DNA from: Dendrobates tinctorius
Lineage: Eukaryota
Assembly (NCBI RefSeq): GCF_039654945.1
Contig: NW_027361679.1
Coordinates: 34,410,001-34,474,000, forward strand
Length of the DNA: 64,000 nt
Direction: 5' to 3'
Within the stretch, counting starts at the first letter, position 1. The number at the start of each line of letters is the position of its first letter. Positions 25,468-36,570 of this stretch are shown here, piece by piece. Position numbers and translations under genes: made by a program. The notes beneath the pieces are model-generated. The model did no database searches and was not told the DNA's origin. It was given only the letters and a program-made list of their open reading frames with translations.

Positions 25468-27969
25468 TCCCAGGGTCCGTGGTTTGAAGGTCGGAAAGCC
25501 GGGTGTCCATGGACTTCATGAAGGACATTATTCGGGTCTGGTTTTCCCGTAAGAAAAGTAACTCTTTTTGCGTAGAGGCCGCGGCACCACCATGGCCTAG
25601 TTATACTGTGACACTTCGGGGATGGGCAGCGTCTGAGAGTGGACCCTCTGGGTCGCGGAGCTGAGGCCCCCGAGGGCGAGTGCGCCAGGTGGTACCGACC
25701 CCTATACAGGGACCATTAGGGGCAGGCCCGCGGGAGTCAGACACCGCGACAGCTGGAACCAAGAGTGGCGGCTCGAAGGATCGGTTAAAGCTATGGATTA
25801 GTACCAGGAACCAAAAGAGAAAACCAGCAGGCAGGAGAAGCATGGCAGAGATCGGACAGACACTGGGAGGCGGACACAGGAAGGAGGTCAGGAGAGACTC
25901 AAACAGGGGAAACAGAAACAAGGTGGAACGGATACCAGGCACGAGAACGGATAATAGAAACTTAAGGCTGGGACGCCCGAGGCAGAGACAGGAGGAACCA
26001 CAGGACAGGGAGAATGGACATAAGCACTCTAAAGGGCCAGGTTAGCACAGGAAATAGCACAAGATAACCAGGCGTCCTCCCATTATGGGAGACGCCTGAT
26101 ATATGCCCTGCCAGGAGGTGATTGACTGGGCCAGCCCACAGGAGACCCCCGCTGCCGGGTTAAGGAAGCCGCAGGGCGCACGCCCGCGGCCTAAGGTGCC
26201 TGTGCAGCACCGCAGCTGACAAGGAGGGAGAAGGTGGACGAGCACGGGAGCCGGGAACAGCGTGGCAGGACGGGACCGGGTAAGAGGAGGCAGCGGCGGG
26301 TCTGGCTGCAGATGGGACTGCGGCGGGCCTGACCGCCGATGTCACACGGCATATTTGGGGTATCATCGTACTCAGGACAAATTGTATAACAATTTTTGGG
26401 GTCCAATTTCTCCTGTTACCCTTGGTAAAAAAAAGCAAACAAATTGAATTTTCTGTCAGACAGACCCCTGAAAGTGACTTCAAATGTGATGTGGTCCCTA
26501 AAAAAATGGTTTTGTAAATTTTGTTGTAAAAATTAGAAATCACTGGTCAAATTTTAACCCTTATAACTTCCTAACAAAACAAAACTTTTGTTCCAAAATT
26601 GTGCTGATGTAAAGTAGACATGTGGGAAATGTTACTTATTAAGTATTTTGTGTGACATATCAATGTGATTTAAGGGCATGAAAGTTGGAAAATTGTGAAA
26701 ATTGTGACATTTTCAAAATTATTGCCAAATTTCCATATTTTTTTTTAACAAATAAACGCAAGACCACCCTTGGGGGTAAAAGGGTTAAATAAGGTATCTT
26801 TGGTAGTAATACCAATATCTACACAAAGAACCAAAAAGCTAAGTCACAACTAAACCATGACCAAATTAATGTAACGGGTAAAATCCTAGCCAGATGGCAT
26901 CTCTGTATATAATCGCATTCAGTCTACTAACATGTGTAGTGTTTACTAAGCACAAGGATTATTGTATTTGTGACAGAAACCTCAATAGACGATAGGAACA
27001 CCATCAATAAATGGTAAATGGAACGTTCTCTCCCATTTCAAGTGGCCTGGTCATATATTCAAATGGGGCGTCAGTAGACTTCCTTACAGTGAGTTGATCC
27101 ATTTTCTACTTGCCCTAGCCCCTCCCAATATGGGCTATTCCTAAAATAATAACTGTATCCTGCCCTACTGCACCTACAGTAACTGACGATCTCTATTCTA
27201 TGCACTAAACTATATCCTATACTTTCCCTATTTCTGAGCTGAGTGTACCAGAGATAACAGGCGTTACCTTTGCAGTACCCACAGAGCAGCATCAGCACCT
27301 ATCACACTATACATTTGTCACGTTACACTCTATACATTTTACATGTCATTACAAAATGCAGTAAAAAAAAGCATGGCAGTATTGACACTAGTTGTTTCCA
27401 GGGGCAGGAACTCAACAGTGTCTTTCACACCCTTACACATGGCCAAGTGTCTGATTCTTTCTGCCTTTCGTTCAGTGTCACGCCTGTACACGTTGCATGT
27501 TTGTGTAGCATTATTGTAATTTCTGCAAATAAGGCTTTTTTCACCTATCTATGTCTGTTTTCACATGCATGTAAGGCAGACAGTTTTATCTTTATTGCCT
27601 CCACTTTTCAACGGTGCTCCATTCTTTTTTTTTTAATGTCTTTTTTTTTTTTTACTGAAGCAGGTAGACTGAGATTTTTAACAGATCCCCATTGACTTTA
27701 ATGGCTTAGTTTGATTCACTAAATGGTTGACAATAGGACATGATCTGACTTTCCTGGGCTGGAAACAGATAGATCAATTAACTTCTATAGGTCCGTGTAC
27801 TGTCCAAGAAAAAATTGGACAACATTAAAGCGTGTCACATGGATGTGTTCAGTAATGATTTGAAGAATTCTTTCTTCTCACATTTTACATCTAGTCATTT
27901 GTGTACAGTTTAACAATCTTATGTCACTCTCCAATGCAGTAATCCATCATGTTCATGCACTTATTATAG

Positions 27970-28017
27970 GTGAACAGCAAGTCATCAGAATCTAGCTTGC
28001 AAAGCTCAGAACAACAG
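27970..28017 (+). CDS. DMP1: DMP1 small coding exon (VNSKSSESSLQSSEQQ)
   Basis: ttattatag acceptor, gtacgt donor, 48 nt, phase 0/0; resembles mammalian DMP1 exon 5 (ESSESSEGSKVSSEEQ, from memory). Confidence 0.82.
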
Positions 28018-28745
28018 GTACGTAAAAACAAACTTCAACTATATGAAAGTAAATAAAAGAATGAGATTTCCAGAGGAGTATGAGACAGAATCCTGGCTCA
28101 GTTTATAAAAAAAAACTGTTTTGTGGCCTTACACAACATTTCTTATGTATTTTGGAGATGTTCTGAGCCTCATTCAACAATGGGGCTTAGTTTAGATCAG
28201 GGGTGCACAACCTTTTCTGATCGAAGTGTCACATTGTCATATTAAATCACTTTTAGGAGCTGCACAAAATGGAGGGTATATTAACCTCTGAGACATTTAT
28301 GGCAATATCAAAAGAATATTCCATATGAACAGGTTCCACTTCCAGAACTTCCATTTTTGGGAGAATGAAGTCTTCTTCTCCCTAGTCGGAACTCAGGTGT
28401 TTTGCTAACAGCATAGCATTTCACAAGTACCATAAGCTGCCGCATGCATAGAGAGCCACTTCATTTAGACGTTCATTTTTGCCTTGTATGTGGTCAAAAT
28501 GAACCTATTTTCATTATTGTTTTAGATCACATTTTCATCAGTGTTTGGTTAGTGTTTTTGTTTTTACCACCAGTTTTTCATTCATGATTTTCTCGCTTGC
28601 AAAAAAAATTATTCTAAAAAAAAGATCCGCATTCCTGTATCTGGCCTCGCTCAATACACTACAGTGACTGCAGACTTGTACAGTAGATTGTGACAGAGAT
28701 ACAAAGCAACTGAGTTACAGATTAATTTAATATCTAATTTATATA

Positions 28746-28950
28746 TAGGGTGGGCTATTTATAAGGTTAGACCTGGGTAGGCCTTTATATAGATACACCT
28801 AAATAAAATGGGAATGGTTGGTGATATCAACTTCCTGTTTGTGGCACATTAATATATGGGAGGGGGGAAACTTTTCAAGATGGGTGGTGACCATGGTGGC
28901 CATTTTGAAGTCGGCCCACCCAGGTGTATCCATATAAATGGCCCACCCTG
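28746..28950. mobile_element. Tc1/mariner-type MITE
   Basis: TA|(T)AGGGTGGGC...GCCCACCCTG|TA. Confidence 0.7.
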
Positions 28951-29676
28951 TACAATGTGCTATGGACAGATGATGAGAAGGGGTTTCTGTCTATCAGAGA
29001 AGATAGAAACCATTATATATTTCATAACATCTAATCCACTCTTTGACTAAGTGTTGTCAAAAATGAAGAAAGGTTAGAAAAAAAGTAAAATAGCAACTTA
29101 GTAAAAAGTAGCTTCTGGCATATATGCACTGTTTGACCATGTCATCATTTTTATGCATATTTTCCAACTCCAGGATGTATAAACCTGAATACTTATTGGA
29201 GGAAGCAGATCAGGTGATGTGTAGTTAATGAGGGAGGGTGATGCCTAAGGATATCAGGACACCATTTATCCAGGTATTTAGAATTATTAGGCAGCTTTCT
29301 TTCCCTCAGCTAAAATGGGCCAAAAAACATTTAATTGACTCTAAAAGTCAAAAATGGTTGTAAGTCTTACAGAGGGATGCAACAATTTTGAAATTGCTAA
29401 GATATTGAGAAAAGAAGAGATATCTGAAGACAGATTTTTCAAGGTGGTTTATAGAGTAATGAGATGAAAGTGAATCTTAATTGACAAGATAGATGGACCC
29501 ATGGCTGGATCAGTATTGTGCACAGACCTCTGTCTTCGATTCAGACGCCAACAAGGTGGAGGCGGGATACTGCTATGGGCTAGTATTATTAAATACGAGC
29601 TAGTTGGACATTTTTTAGGTTACAAATGAGTTCAAAATCAACTCCCAATCGAACTGCTAATTTTTAGAAGACACTT

Positions 29677-29905
29677 GTGAGTAACAGTATAGAAGGTTAC
29701 GAATAACATAATATTATAGGTAGATGGTTGACCCAGCTTAGGGGAAGGGATTTTTTTCCCTATGGAGAAAATTGGCTTCTACTCTATGGGTTTTTTGCCT
29801 TCCCCAGGATTAACAATGCAGAACAGCGCAACTAAAAATAGGCTGAACTAGATGGACATAAGGTCTTCCTTCAGCCTTCAAAACTTTGTTGCTATGTATG
29901 TTACT
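29677..29905 (+). mobile_element. 3' fragment of a CR1-type LINE
   Basis: ggctgaactagatggac...ttcagcc hairpin followed by a (ctatgtta)-like tail, as in anuran CR1 3' ends. Confidence 0.55.
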
Positions 29906-30340
29906 TTCTTCAAGCAATGGTACAGAAACAGTCTGCATGTTTCAAGAAAACCATAATTTTTATGCAAGACAATGCTATATCACATGCATCAAAGTCTCCA
30001 CTGTTTGGCTGCCAGTAAGGCATTAAAGATAATAGAATAAAACATGGCCTCTTTCTCACCTGACATAATCCCGGTTGAGAACTTGTGGGCCCTCCTTAAA
30101 TGGGAGATTTACAGTGAAGAAAAACAGTACACCTCTTTGAATAGTGTCTGGGAGTCTGTGGTTGGTGCTGCCCAAAAAGTTGATCATCAGCACATTAAGA
30201 AACTGACAGATTTCATGAATGAAAGACTTATGACTAGTATTGGAAAGAAGGGTGTCTATATTGGTGATTACTATTTTATTGTAATGTCAGAAATGTATTT
30301 TTGTACATTTTGAGTTTTTTGTTTATTGTTTTAACTTTAA

Positions 30341-33021
30341 CCCCTTAACAACCGCCAATACACCTTTTAACGGCGGCAGTTAAGGATACTTAAACCACAG
30401 TTTTGTTTTTTAATGAGGCTGAGCTTTAAGTGTATAGCGCCCCCCAGAGTCAGAATATCTCTGGGGTCTCAGCTGCTGGGGGTAGCCGAGACCCCAGACA
30501 CCATGATTCAGGTTGGTTTTTCCTGCCCCCGGAGTTGCGATCGCCGTTATTAGCGGTATAACGATGAACGCAAAAAAAAGAAAAAGTCAGATTTTCCATT
30601 TAATTTCTCTCTCTTCTGATGTGATCGCACATCAGAGCAGAGAGAAAAAGGGTTTCTGATCCCCCTAGTAACTCCCTGTGTCCTTGGGCTTTCCTGCTTC
30701 CTCCCATGGCCGCCAGCGTCTCCTTCTGGATAGAAAATGGCGGGCACATGCGCAGTGCGCCCACCGAGATCTGCCGGCTGGCACCCGGCAACAATAGATT
30801 TTTCCTATTGGTTCATTTTGATCACTATGATAGACCCTATCACAGTGACCAAAATAAAAAAAATAGTAAATCAAACCCCCATTTATCACCCCCTTAGTTA
30901 GAGAAAAATAATAATGTAAAAATGCATTTATTTCCATTTTCCCATTAAGGTTTGAGTTGGGCTAAATTTAGGGCTAGGGTTGGGGCTAAAATTAGGGTTA
31001 GAGTTGGGGCTAAAGTTAGTGCTAGGGTTGAGGCTAAAGTTATGGTTAGGGTTAAGGCTGGGGCTAAAGTTAGTGTTAGGGTTGGGGCTGAAGTTAGGGT
31101 TAAGGTTGGGGCTAAAGTTAGGGTTAGGGTTGGGGTTAAAGTTAGGGTTAGAGTTGGGGCTAGAGTTGGGGTTAGGGTTTGGATTATGGTTACAGTTGGG
31201 ATTAGGGTTAGGGTTGGAATTAGGGTTATATATGTGTTAGGGTTAGGTATGAGGTTAGGGTTATGATTAGGGTTGGGATTAGGGTTAGGGGTGTGTTGGA
31301 GTTAGGGTTGTGGTTAGGGATGGGATTAGGGTTAGGGGTATGTTGGAGTTAGGGTTGGAGTTAGAATTGGGGGGTTTACACTGTTTAGGCACATCAGGGG
31401 CTCTCCAAACGTGTCATGGCATCTGATCTCATTTCCAGCCAATTCTGCATTGAAAAAGTAAAACGGTGCTCCTTCCCTTCCGAGCTGTGCCGTGTGCCCA
31501 AACAGAGGTTTACTCCTACATATGGGGTATCGGCATACTCAGGACAAATTGGACAATAACTTCTGGGGTCCAATTTCTCCAGTTACCCTTGTGAAAATAA
31601 AACATTGGGGGCTAAAAATCATTTTTATGGAGAAAAAAATGATTTTTTATTTTCACTGCTCTGCGTTATAAACTTTAGTGAAACACTTGGGAGTTCAAAG
31701 TTCAATTCCTTGGGGGATCTAGTTTCTAAAATGGGGTCAGTTGTGGGGGGTTTCTACTTTTTTAGGCACATCAGGGGCTCTCCAAATGCGACATGGCATT
31801 CTACCTAATTTCCAGCTAATTCTGCATTGAAAAAGTCAAACGGCACTCCTTCCTTCCAAGCTCTGCCGTGCACCCAAGCAGTGGTTTATCCCCACATATG
31901 GAGTATTGGCATACTCGGGAGTAAATTGCACAACAACTTTGGGGGTCTAATTTCTCTTGTTACCCTTGGGAAAATAAAAATTTTGGGGTGAAAAGATCAT
32001 TTTTGTGGAAAAAATGATTTTTTATTTTCCCGGCTCTACGTTATAAGCTTCTGTGAAGCACTTGGGGATTCAAAATGCTCACCACACATCTAGATAAGTT
32101 CCTTGGGGAGTATAGTATCCAAAATGGTGTCACTTGTAGGAGGTTTCCACTGTTTAGGCACATCAGGCTCTTCAAACAGGACATGCGGTCCGATCTCAAT
32201 TCCAGCCAATTCTGCATTGAAAAAGTCAAACGATGCTCCTTTCCTTCCGAGTTCTGCCATGCGCCCAAACAGTGGTTTACTCCCACATATGGGGTATCGG
32301 CGTATTCAGGAGAAATTTCACAGCAAATTTTGTGCTTCATTTTCTCTTTTTACATTTTTGAAAATAAAAAAACTGGTTCTCAATTAAAATGTTTGTGAAA
32401 AAAAGATAAATGTTCATTTTTTCCTTCCACGTTGCTTCAGTTACTGTGAAGCATGTAAAGGGTTAATTAACTTCTTAAATGTGGTTTTGAGCACCTTGAG
32501 GGGTGCAGTTTTTAAAATAGTGCCACTTTTGGGTATTTTCTGTCATGTACACCCCTCAAAGTAACTTCAAATCTGATGTGGTCCCTAAAAAAATGGTTTT
32601 GTAAATCTTGATGTAAAAATGAGAAATCGCTGGTCAACTTTTAACCCTTATAACTTCCTAATAAAAAAATTTTGTTTCCAAAATTGTGCTGATGTATAAA
32701 GTATATATGTGGGAAATGTTACTTATTTACTATTTTGTGTGACATATCTCTCTGATTTAAGGGCATTAAACATTAAAAGTTTGAAAATTGTGAAATTTTA
32801 AAAAATGTCACCATATTTCCATTTTTTTCATAAGCAAACGCAAGTTATATCGAAGAAATTTTACCACTAACGTGAAGTATAATATGCCATGCAAAAATAT
32901 TCTCAGAATCAGCGGGATCCGTTAAAGTGTTCCAGAGTTATAACCTCATAAATTGACAGTGATCAGAATTGTAAAAATTGTCCAGGTCATTAAGTAGCAA
33001 ATTGGCTCTGTCACTAAGGGG
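30341..33021. mobile_element. Non-autonomous piggyBac-like element with internal repeats
   Basis: TTAA|CCCCTTA...TAAGGGG|TTAA; three ~380-bp internal repeats (31370-32340). Confidence 0.85.
30948..31366 (+). repeat. Degenerate (TTAGGG)n telomere-like hexamer tract
   Basis: About 70 hexamers of gttagg/gttggg/gctaaa type. Confidence 0.85.
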
Positions 33022-33310
33022 TTAATGGATGAAAATAAACTATTGAGATGAGAAAAATTACAATTTTCATTTAGTCGCATACTAATACAGCACATTACTA
33101 GTTGCCCAATAATTCTGCACACATAGATATTCTCCTAGGAAAGACAAAACCTCACTCATATTTTCTTAAATATTGTGGTTTTGGTTTATTAACTTTTTGA
33201 ATTGCCTGGTTGTACTGTGATTGCTCAATAATAAAGCTAATCTTCAAAAATACAAATTGCCCAATAATTGTACAAGCAATGCTGTCAGATTCTTATATCA
33301 TTTAACTTAA

Positions 33311-33793
33311 AGGGAATCTGTCAGCAGGATTTCACACCCCAATCTATTTAAATGACCATGGAGCCCTTTTAAAAACAAGACCAGCAATACCATTAAATGG
33401 CCAGTCTGTTCCTCTATTATTGATAAATCAGTGTTTGAATTGATATGCAAGTGAGGCTGAAGAGCTATGGTAGATCTGAAGCCTCTGTCACTAAAGTTCT
33501 ATTCCCCACCCAGCACCACCTCCTCCTGCTTGACTGTCTCCATGCTTTGTGACTTCGGAAAAAGGTGCCATCATTCAAGTAGGAGAAGGCAGCACTGGGT
33601 AGGGTATAGAGCTGGAGTGACATAGGCTTAAAATCTGCCATAGCCTTTAAGCCACATTTGTGTATTAATTCAAATGTTGATATCACAGTAAATTAGGAAC
33701 TGGCCGTGTAAAGGTATAGCTGTACTTTTTTTTGTAACCGCTACATGTGCTTGTAAACAGTTTGGGGTGTGAAATCCTGCTGACAGATTTCCC
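33311..33793. mobile_element. T2/Kolobok-type MITE
   Basis: TTAA|AGGGAATCTGTCAGCAGGATTTCACACCCC and its reverse complement at the right end, then TTAA. Confidence 0.85.
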
Positions 33794-34067
33794 TTAATAA
33801 ATACATTACAGATGAGTAAATATTTTCTTTTCAATGGATAAATGACCAATAATTGTCTGTCTCATATCTGGGACCTAATGTACTAGATCTTTACCCCTTA
33901 CTGTAAAATGAACAAAAGTCATAAAATGGCACAGAGAAAGGAAAGCGTACGTTGAGCATGCATGTTGCGAGATAGCCAAGTCAGCTTTTTTTAATAACCT
34001 AATGCACCTTTAGGTTGTGCACAAAAAATATTGTTGTGTTTTTAATATGTTTTAATTTATCTATTAG

Positions 34068-34343
34068 TATGATTCAAGTGAAGAAGCTGTTAACCATGAG
34101 AATGAGGAGGTTAGTGGAGGACAACATGAAGACAATGACAATCAAGATCTCATCCCAGCTGCTATTGATAGCATAGATATTGAGGAGCAACTCACAGATG
34201 TGGATGATAGAGATAAGCATGAAGGCTACAATGCTTCACCCGTTGTTCTAGAAGAGGCAAAACATCCCGTCGGTAGTAAAGAAGATGATAATGAAAGTGA
34301 TGATGAATCTGGAAGCCATGAGAATAAGTTTGACAAGTCTCTT
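34068..34343 (+). CDS. DMP1: DMP1 acidic coding exon (92 codons, YDSSEEAVNHENEE...DDESGSHENKFDKSL)
   Basis: T-rich acceptor ...ttatctattag, donor gtaagc, 276 nt open, phase 0/0, D/E/S-rich; not in the ORF track. Confidence 0.88.
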
Positions 34344-34404
34344 GTAAGCGAACATTAAATTAATCTTCTTCAGGTTCAGATAAAGGACTTTATAATCTCA
34401 CTTA

Positions 34405-36012
34405 CAGTGGGGAAAAAAAGTATTTAGTCAGTCAGCAATAGTGCAAGTTCCACCACTTAAAAAGATGAGAGGCGTCTGTAATTTACATCATAGGTAGACC
34501 TCAACTATGGGAGACAAACTGAGAAAAAAAAATCCAGAAAATCACATTGTCTGTTTTTTTTTCATTTTATTTGCATATTATGGTGGAAAATAAGTATTTG
34601 GTCAGAAACAAGCAATCAAGATTTCTGGCTCTCACAGACCTGTAACTTCTTCTTTAAGAGTCTCCTCTTTCCTCCACTCATTACCTGTAGTAATGGCACC
34701 TGTTTAAACTTGTTATCAGTATAAAAAGACACCTGTGCACACCCTCAAACAGTCTGACTCCAAACTCCACTATGGTGAAGACCAAAGAGCTGTCAAAGGA
34801 CACCAGAAACAAAATTGTAGCCCTGCACCAGGCTGGGAAGACTGAATCTGCAATAGCCAACCAGCTTGGAGTGAAGAAATCAACTGTGGGAGCAATAATT
34901 AGAAAATGGAAGACATACAAGACCACTGATAATCTCCCTCGATCTGGTGCTCCACGCAAAATCCCACCCCGTGGGGTCAGAATGATCACAAGAACGGTGA
35001 GCAAAAATCCCAGAACCACGCGGGGGGACCTAGTGAATGAACTGCAGAGAGCTGGGACCAATGTAACAAGGCCTACCATAAGTAACACACTACGCCACCA
35101 TGGACTCAGATCCTGCAGTGCCAGACGTGTCCCACTGCTTAAGCCTGTACATGTCCGGGCCCGTCTGAAGTTTGCTAGAGAGCATTTGGATGATCCAGAG
35201 GAGTTTTGGGAGAATGTCCTATGGTCTGATGAAACCAAACTGGAACTGTTTGGTAGAAACACAACTTGTCGTGTTTGGAGGAAAAAGAATACTGAGTTGT
35301 ATCCATCAAACACCATACCTACTGTAAAGCATGGTGGTGGAAACATCATGCTTTGGGGCTCTTTCTCTGCAAAGGGGCCAGGACGACTGATCCGGGTACA
35401 TGAAAGAATGAATGGGGCCATGTATCGTGAGATTTTGAGTGCAAACCTCCTTCCATCAGCAAGGGCATTGAAGATGAAACGTGGCTGGGTCTTTCAACAT
35501 GACAATGATCCAAAGCACACCGCCAGGGCAACGAAGGAGTGGCTTCGTAAGAAGCATTTCAAGGTCCTGGAGTGGCCTAGCCAGTCTCCAGATCTCAACC
35601 CTATAGAAAACCTTTGGAGGGAGTTGAAAGTCCGTGTTGCCAAGCGAAAAGCCAAAAACATCACTGCTCTAGAGGAGATCTGCATGGAGGAATGGGCCAA
35701 CATACCAACAACAGTGTGTGGCAACCTTGTGAAGACTTACAGACAACGTTTGACCTCTGTCATTGCCAACAAAGGATATATCACAAAGTATTGAGATGAA
35801 ATTTTGTTTCTGACCAAATACTTATTTTCCACCATAATATGCAAATAAAATGAAAAAAAAAAACAGACAATGTGATTTTCTGGATTTTTTTTTCTCAGTT
35901 TGTCTCCCATAGTTGAGGTCTACCTATGATGTAAATTACAGACGCCTCTCATCTTTTTAAGTGGTGGAACTTGCACTATTGCTGACTGACTAAATACTTT
36001 TTTTCCCCACTG
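34405..36012 (+). mobile_element. Full-length Tc1-family transposon in the last DMP1 intron
   Basis: TA TSD, ~207-209-bp near-perfect TIRs (34405-34611, 35804-36012) starting CAGTGGGGAAAAAAAGTATTTAGTCAG, with an inner direct repeat (IR/DR). Confidence 0.98.
34772..35794 (+). CDS. Tc1 transposase, intact 340 aa, DD34E
   Basis: Paired-like [34 protein letters not shown]; 34 residues between the second D and E. Confidence 0.97.
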   Translation: MVKTKELSKDTRNKIVALHQAGKTESAIANQLGVKKSTVGAIIRKWKTYKTTDNLPRSGAPRKIPPRGVRMITRTVSKNPRTTRGDLVNELQRAGTNVTRPTISNTLRHHGLRSCSARRVPLLKPVHVRARLKFAREHLDDPEEFWENVLWSDETKLELFGRNTTCRVWRKKNTELYPSNTIPTVKHGGGNIMLWGSFSAKGPGRLIRVHERMNGAMYREILSANLLPSARALKMKRGWVFQHDNDPKHTARATKEWLRKKHFKVLEWPSQSPDLNPIENLWRELKVRVAKRKAKNITALEEICMEEWANIPTTVCGNLVKTYRQRLTSVIANKGYITKY

Positions 36013-36342
36013 TATGTTTTTGTGGTCTGTAGTTTAATGATTCTTCTGCCCTATCTGTAGCCAAACTTCCTGGTTTGCCCATGATAGATTTGAATTTATA
36101 CATACCAGTTAATCTGAAGAGGCAGAGTTGTAGAGGAGCAAGGAGAAGCCAAGTGAACCAATAATGATGTAGCTGCCAAGGGCGTATTTTACCTGTCTAT
36201 GTAGTAGGTTTAGGGGAAATTATTTATTCATTTATGTAGGGGGATATAAGGCATAAGAATATTGGAATTATTTGATTTTGAAGCAAATAAATGTGCATTC
36301 TGTGTATAACATTGGATAATCGCATTCTATTTTTTCATGCAG

Positions 36343-36532
36343 ATTGTTCCAAAAAGTGGGGATCATTCACATAGTGCCACTGGAAAACAGAAAGGAGGAC
36401 CTTGGAAACACTCAAATGAAGCAAAGAAAAAAGGCTTACAGGATGCCAAAATTGACCTAGATGAAACGATTCAAGAGAATTTATCACATGAAGATAATGA
36501 CGATGATGACAATGATGAGGATTTAAACACTA

Positions 36533-36570
<38 letters not shown>

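Larger units (their letters stand above)
19442..26346 (-). mobile_element. Ty3/Gypsy chromovirus LTR retrotransposon with both LTRs, internally deleted and decayed
   Basis: LTRs 19442-20172 and 25607-26346 (about 14 mismatches in the first ~210 bp), PPT next to 20172, near-TSD CTGCA/CGGCA. Gag-RT 24025-25467 (YLDD), RNase H/IN 23213-23770, 22790-23002 and 22378-22674, chromodomain FLIDWKGFGPEERSWEP near 20230-20330. Confidence 0.95.
17720..26784. mobile_element. Non-autonomous piggyBac-like element (left end unclear), interrupted by a Gypsy element
   Basis: Right end AAGGG|TTAA at 26784. Internal repeats and the TTAGGG-like tract match the element at 30341-33021. Confidence 0.65.
29130..33270 (+). 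mobile_element. Old Tc1-family transposon remnant interrupted by CR1 and piggyBac-like insertions
   Basis: Residual motifs FMQDNA (~29960) and SPDIIPVENLW (30044-30313); sequence resumes after 33025. Confidence 0.7.

Noticed and set aside
26977-27013. Possible DMP1 exon-4 equivalent (tgacag|...|gtaaat)
   Set aside because: 37 nt, not a multiple of three, with TAG in the phase-0 frame.
30952-31266. VRVRVG / LGLGL repeat proteins
   Set aside because: Translations of the telomere-like hexamer tract.
30948-31366. True telomere or chromosome fusion site
   Set aside because: Degenerate, single orientation, and internal to a TTAA-flanked transposon present twice.
36337-36342. ATG start of the 563-aa ORF as the true DMP1 start
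   Set aside because: ATGCAG is part of the splice acceptor; there is no signal peptide, and in-frame upstream exons exist.
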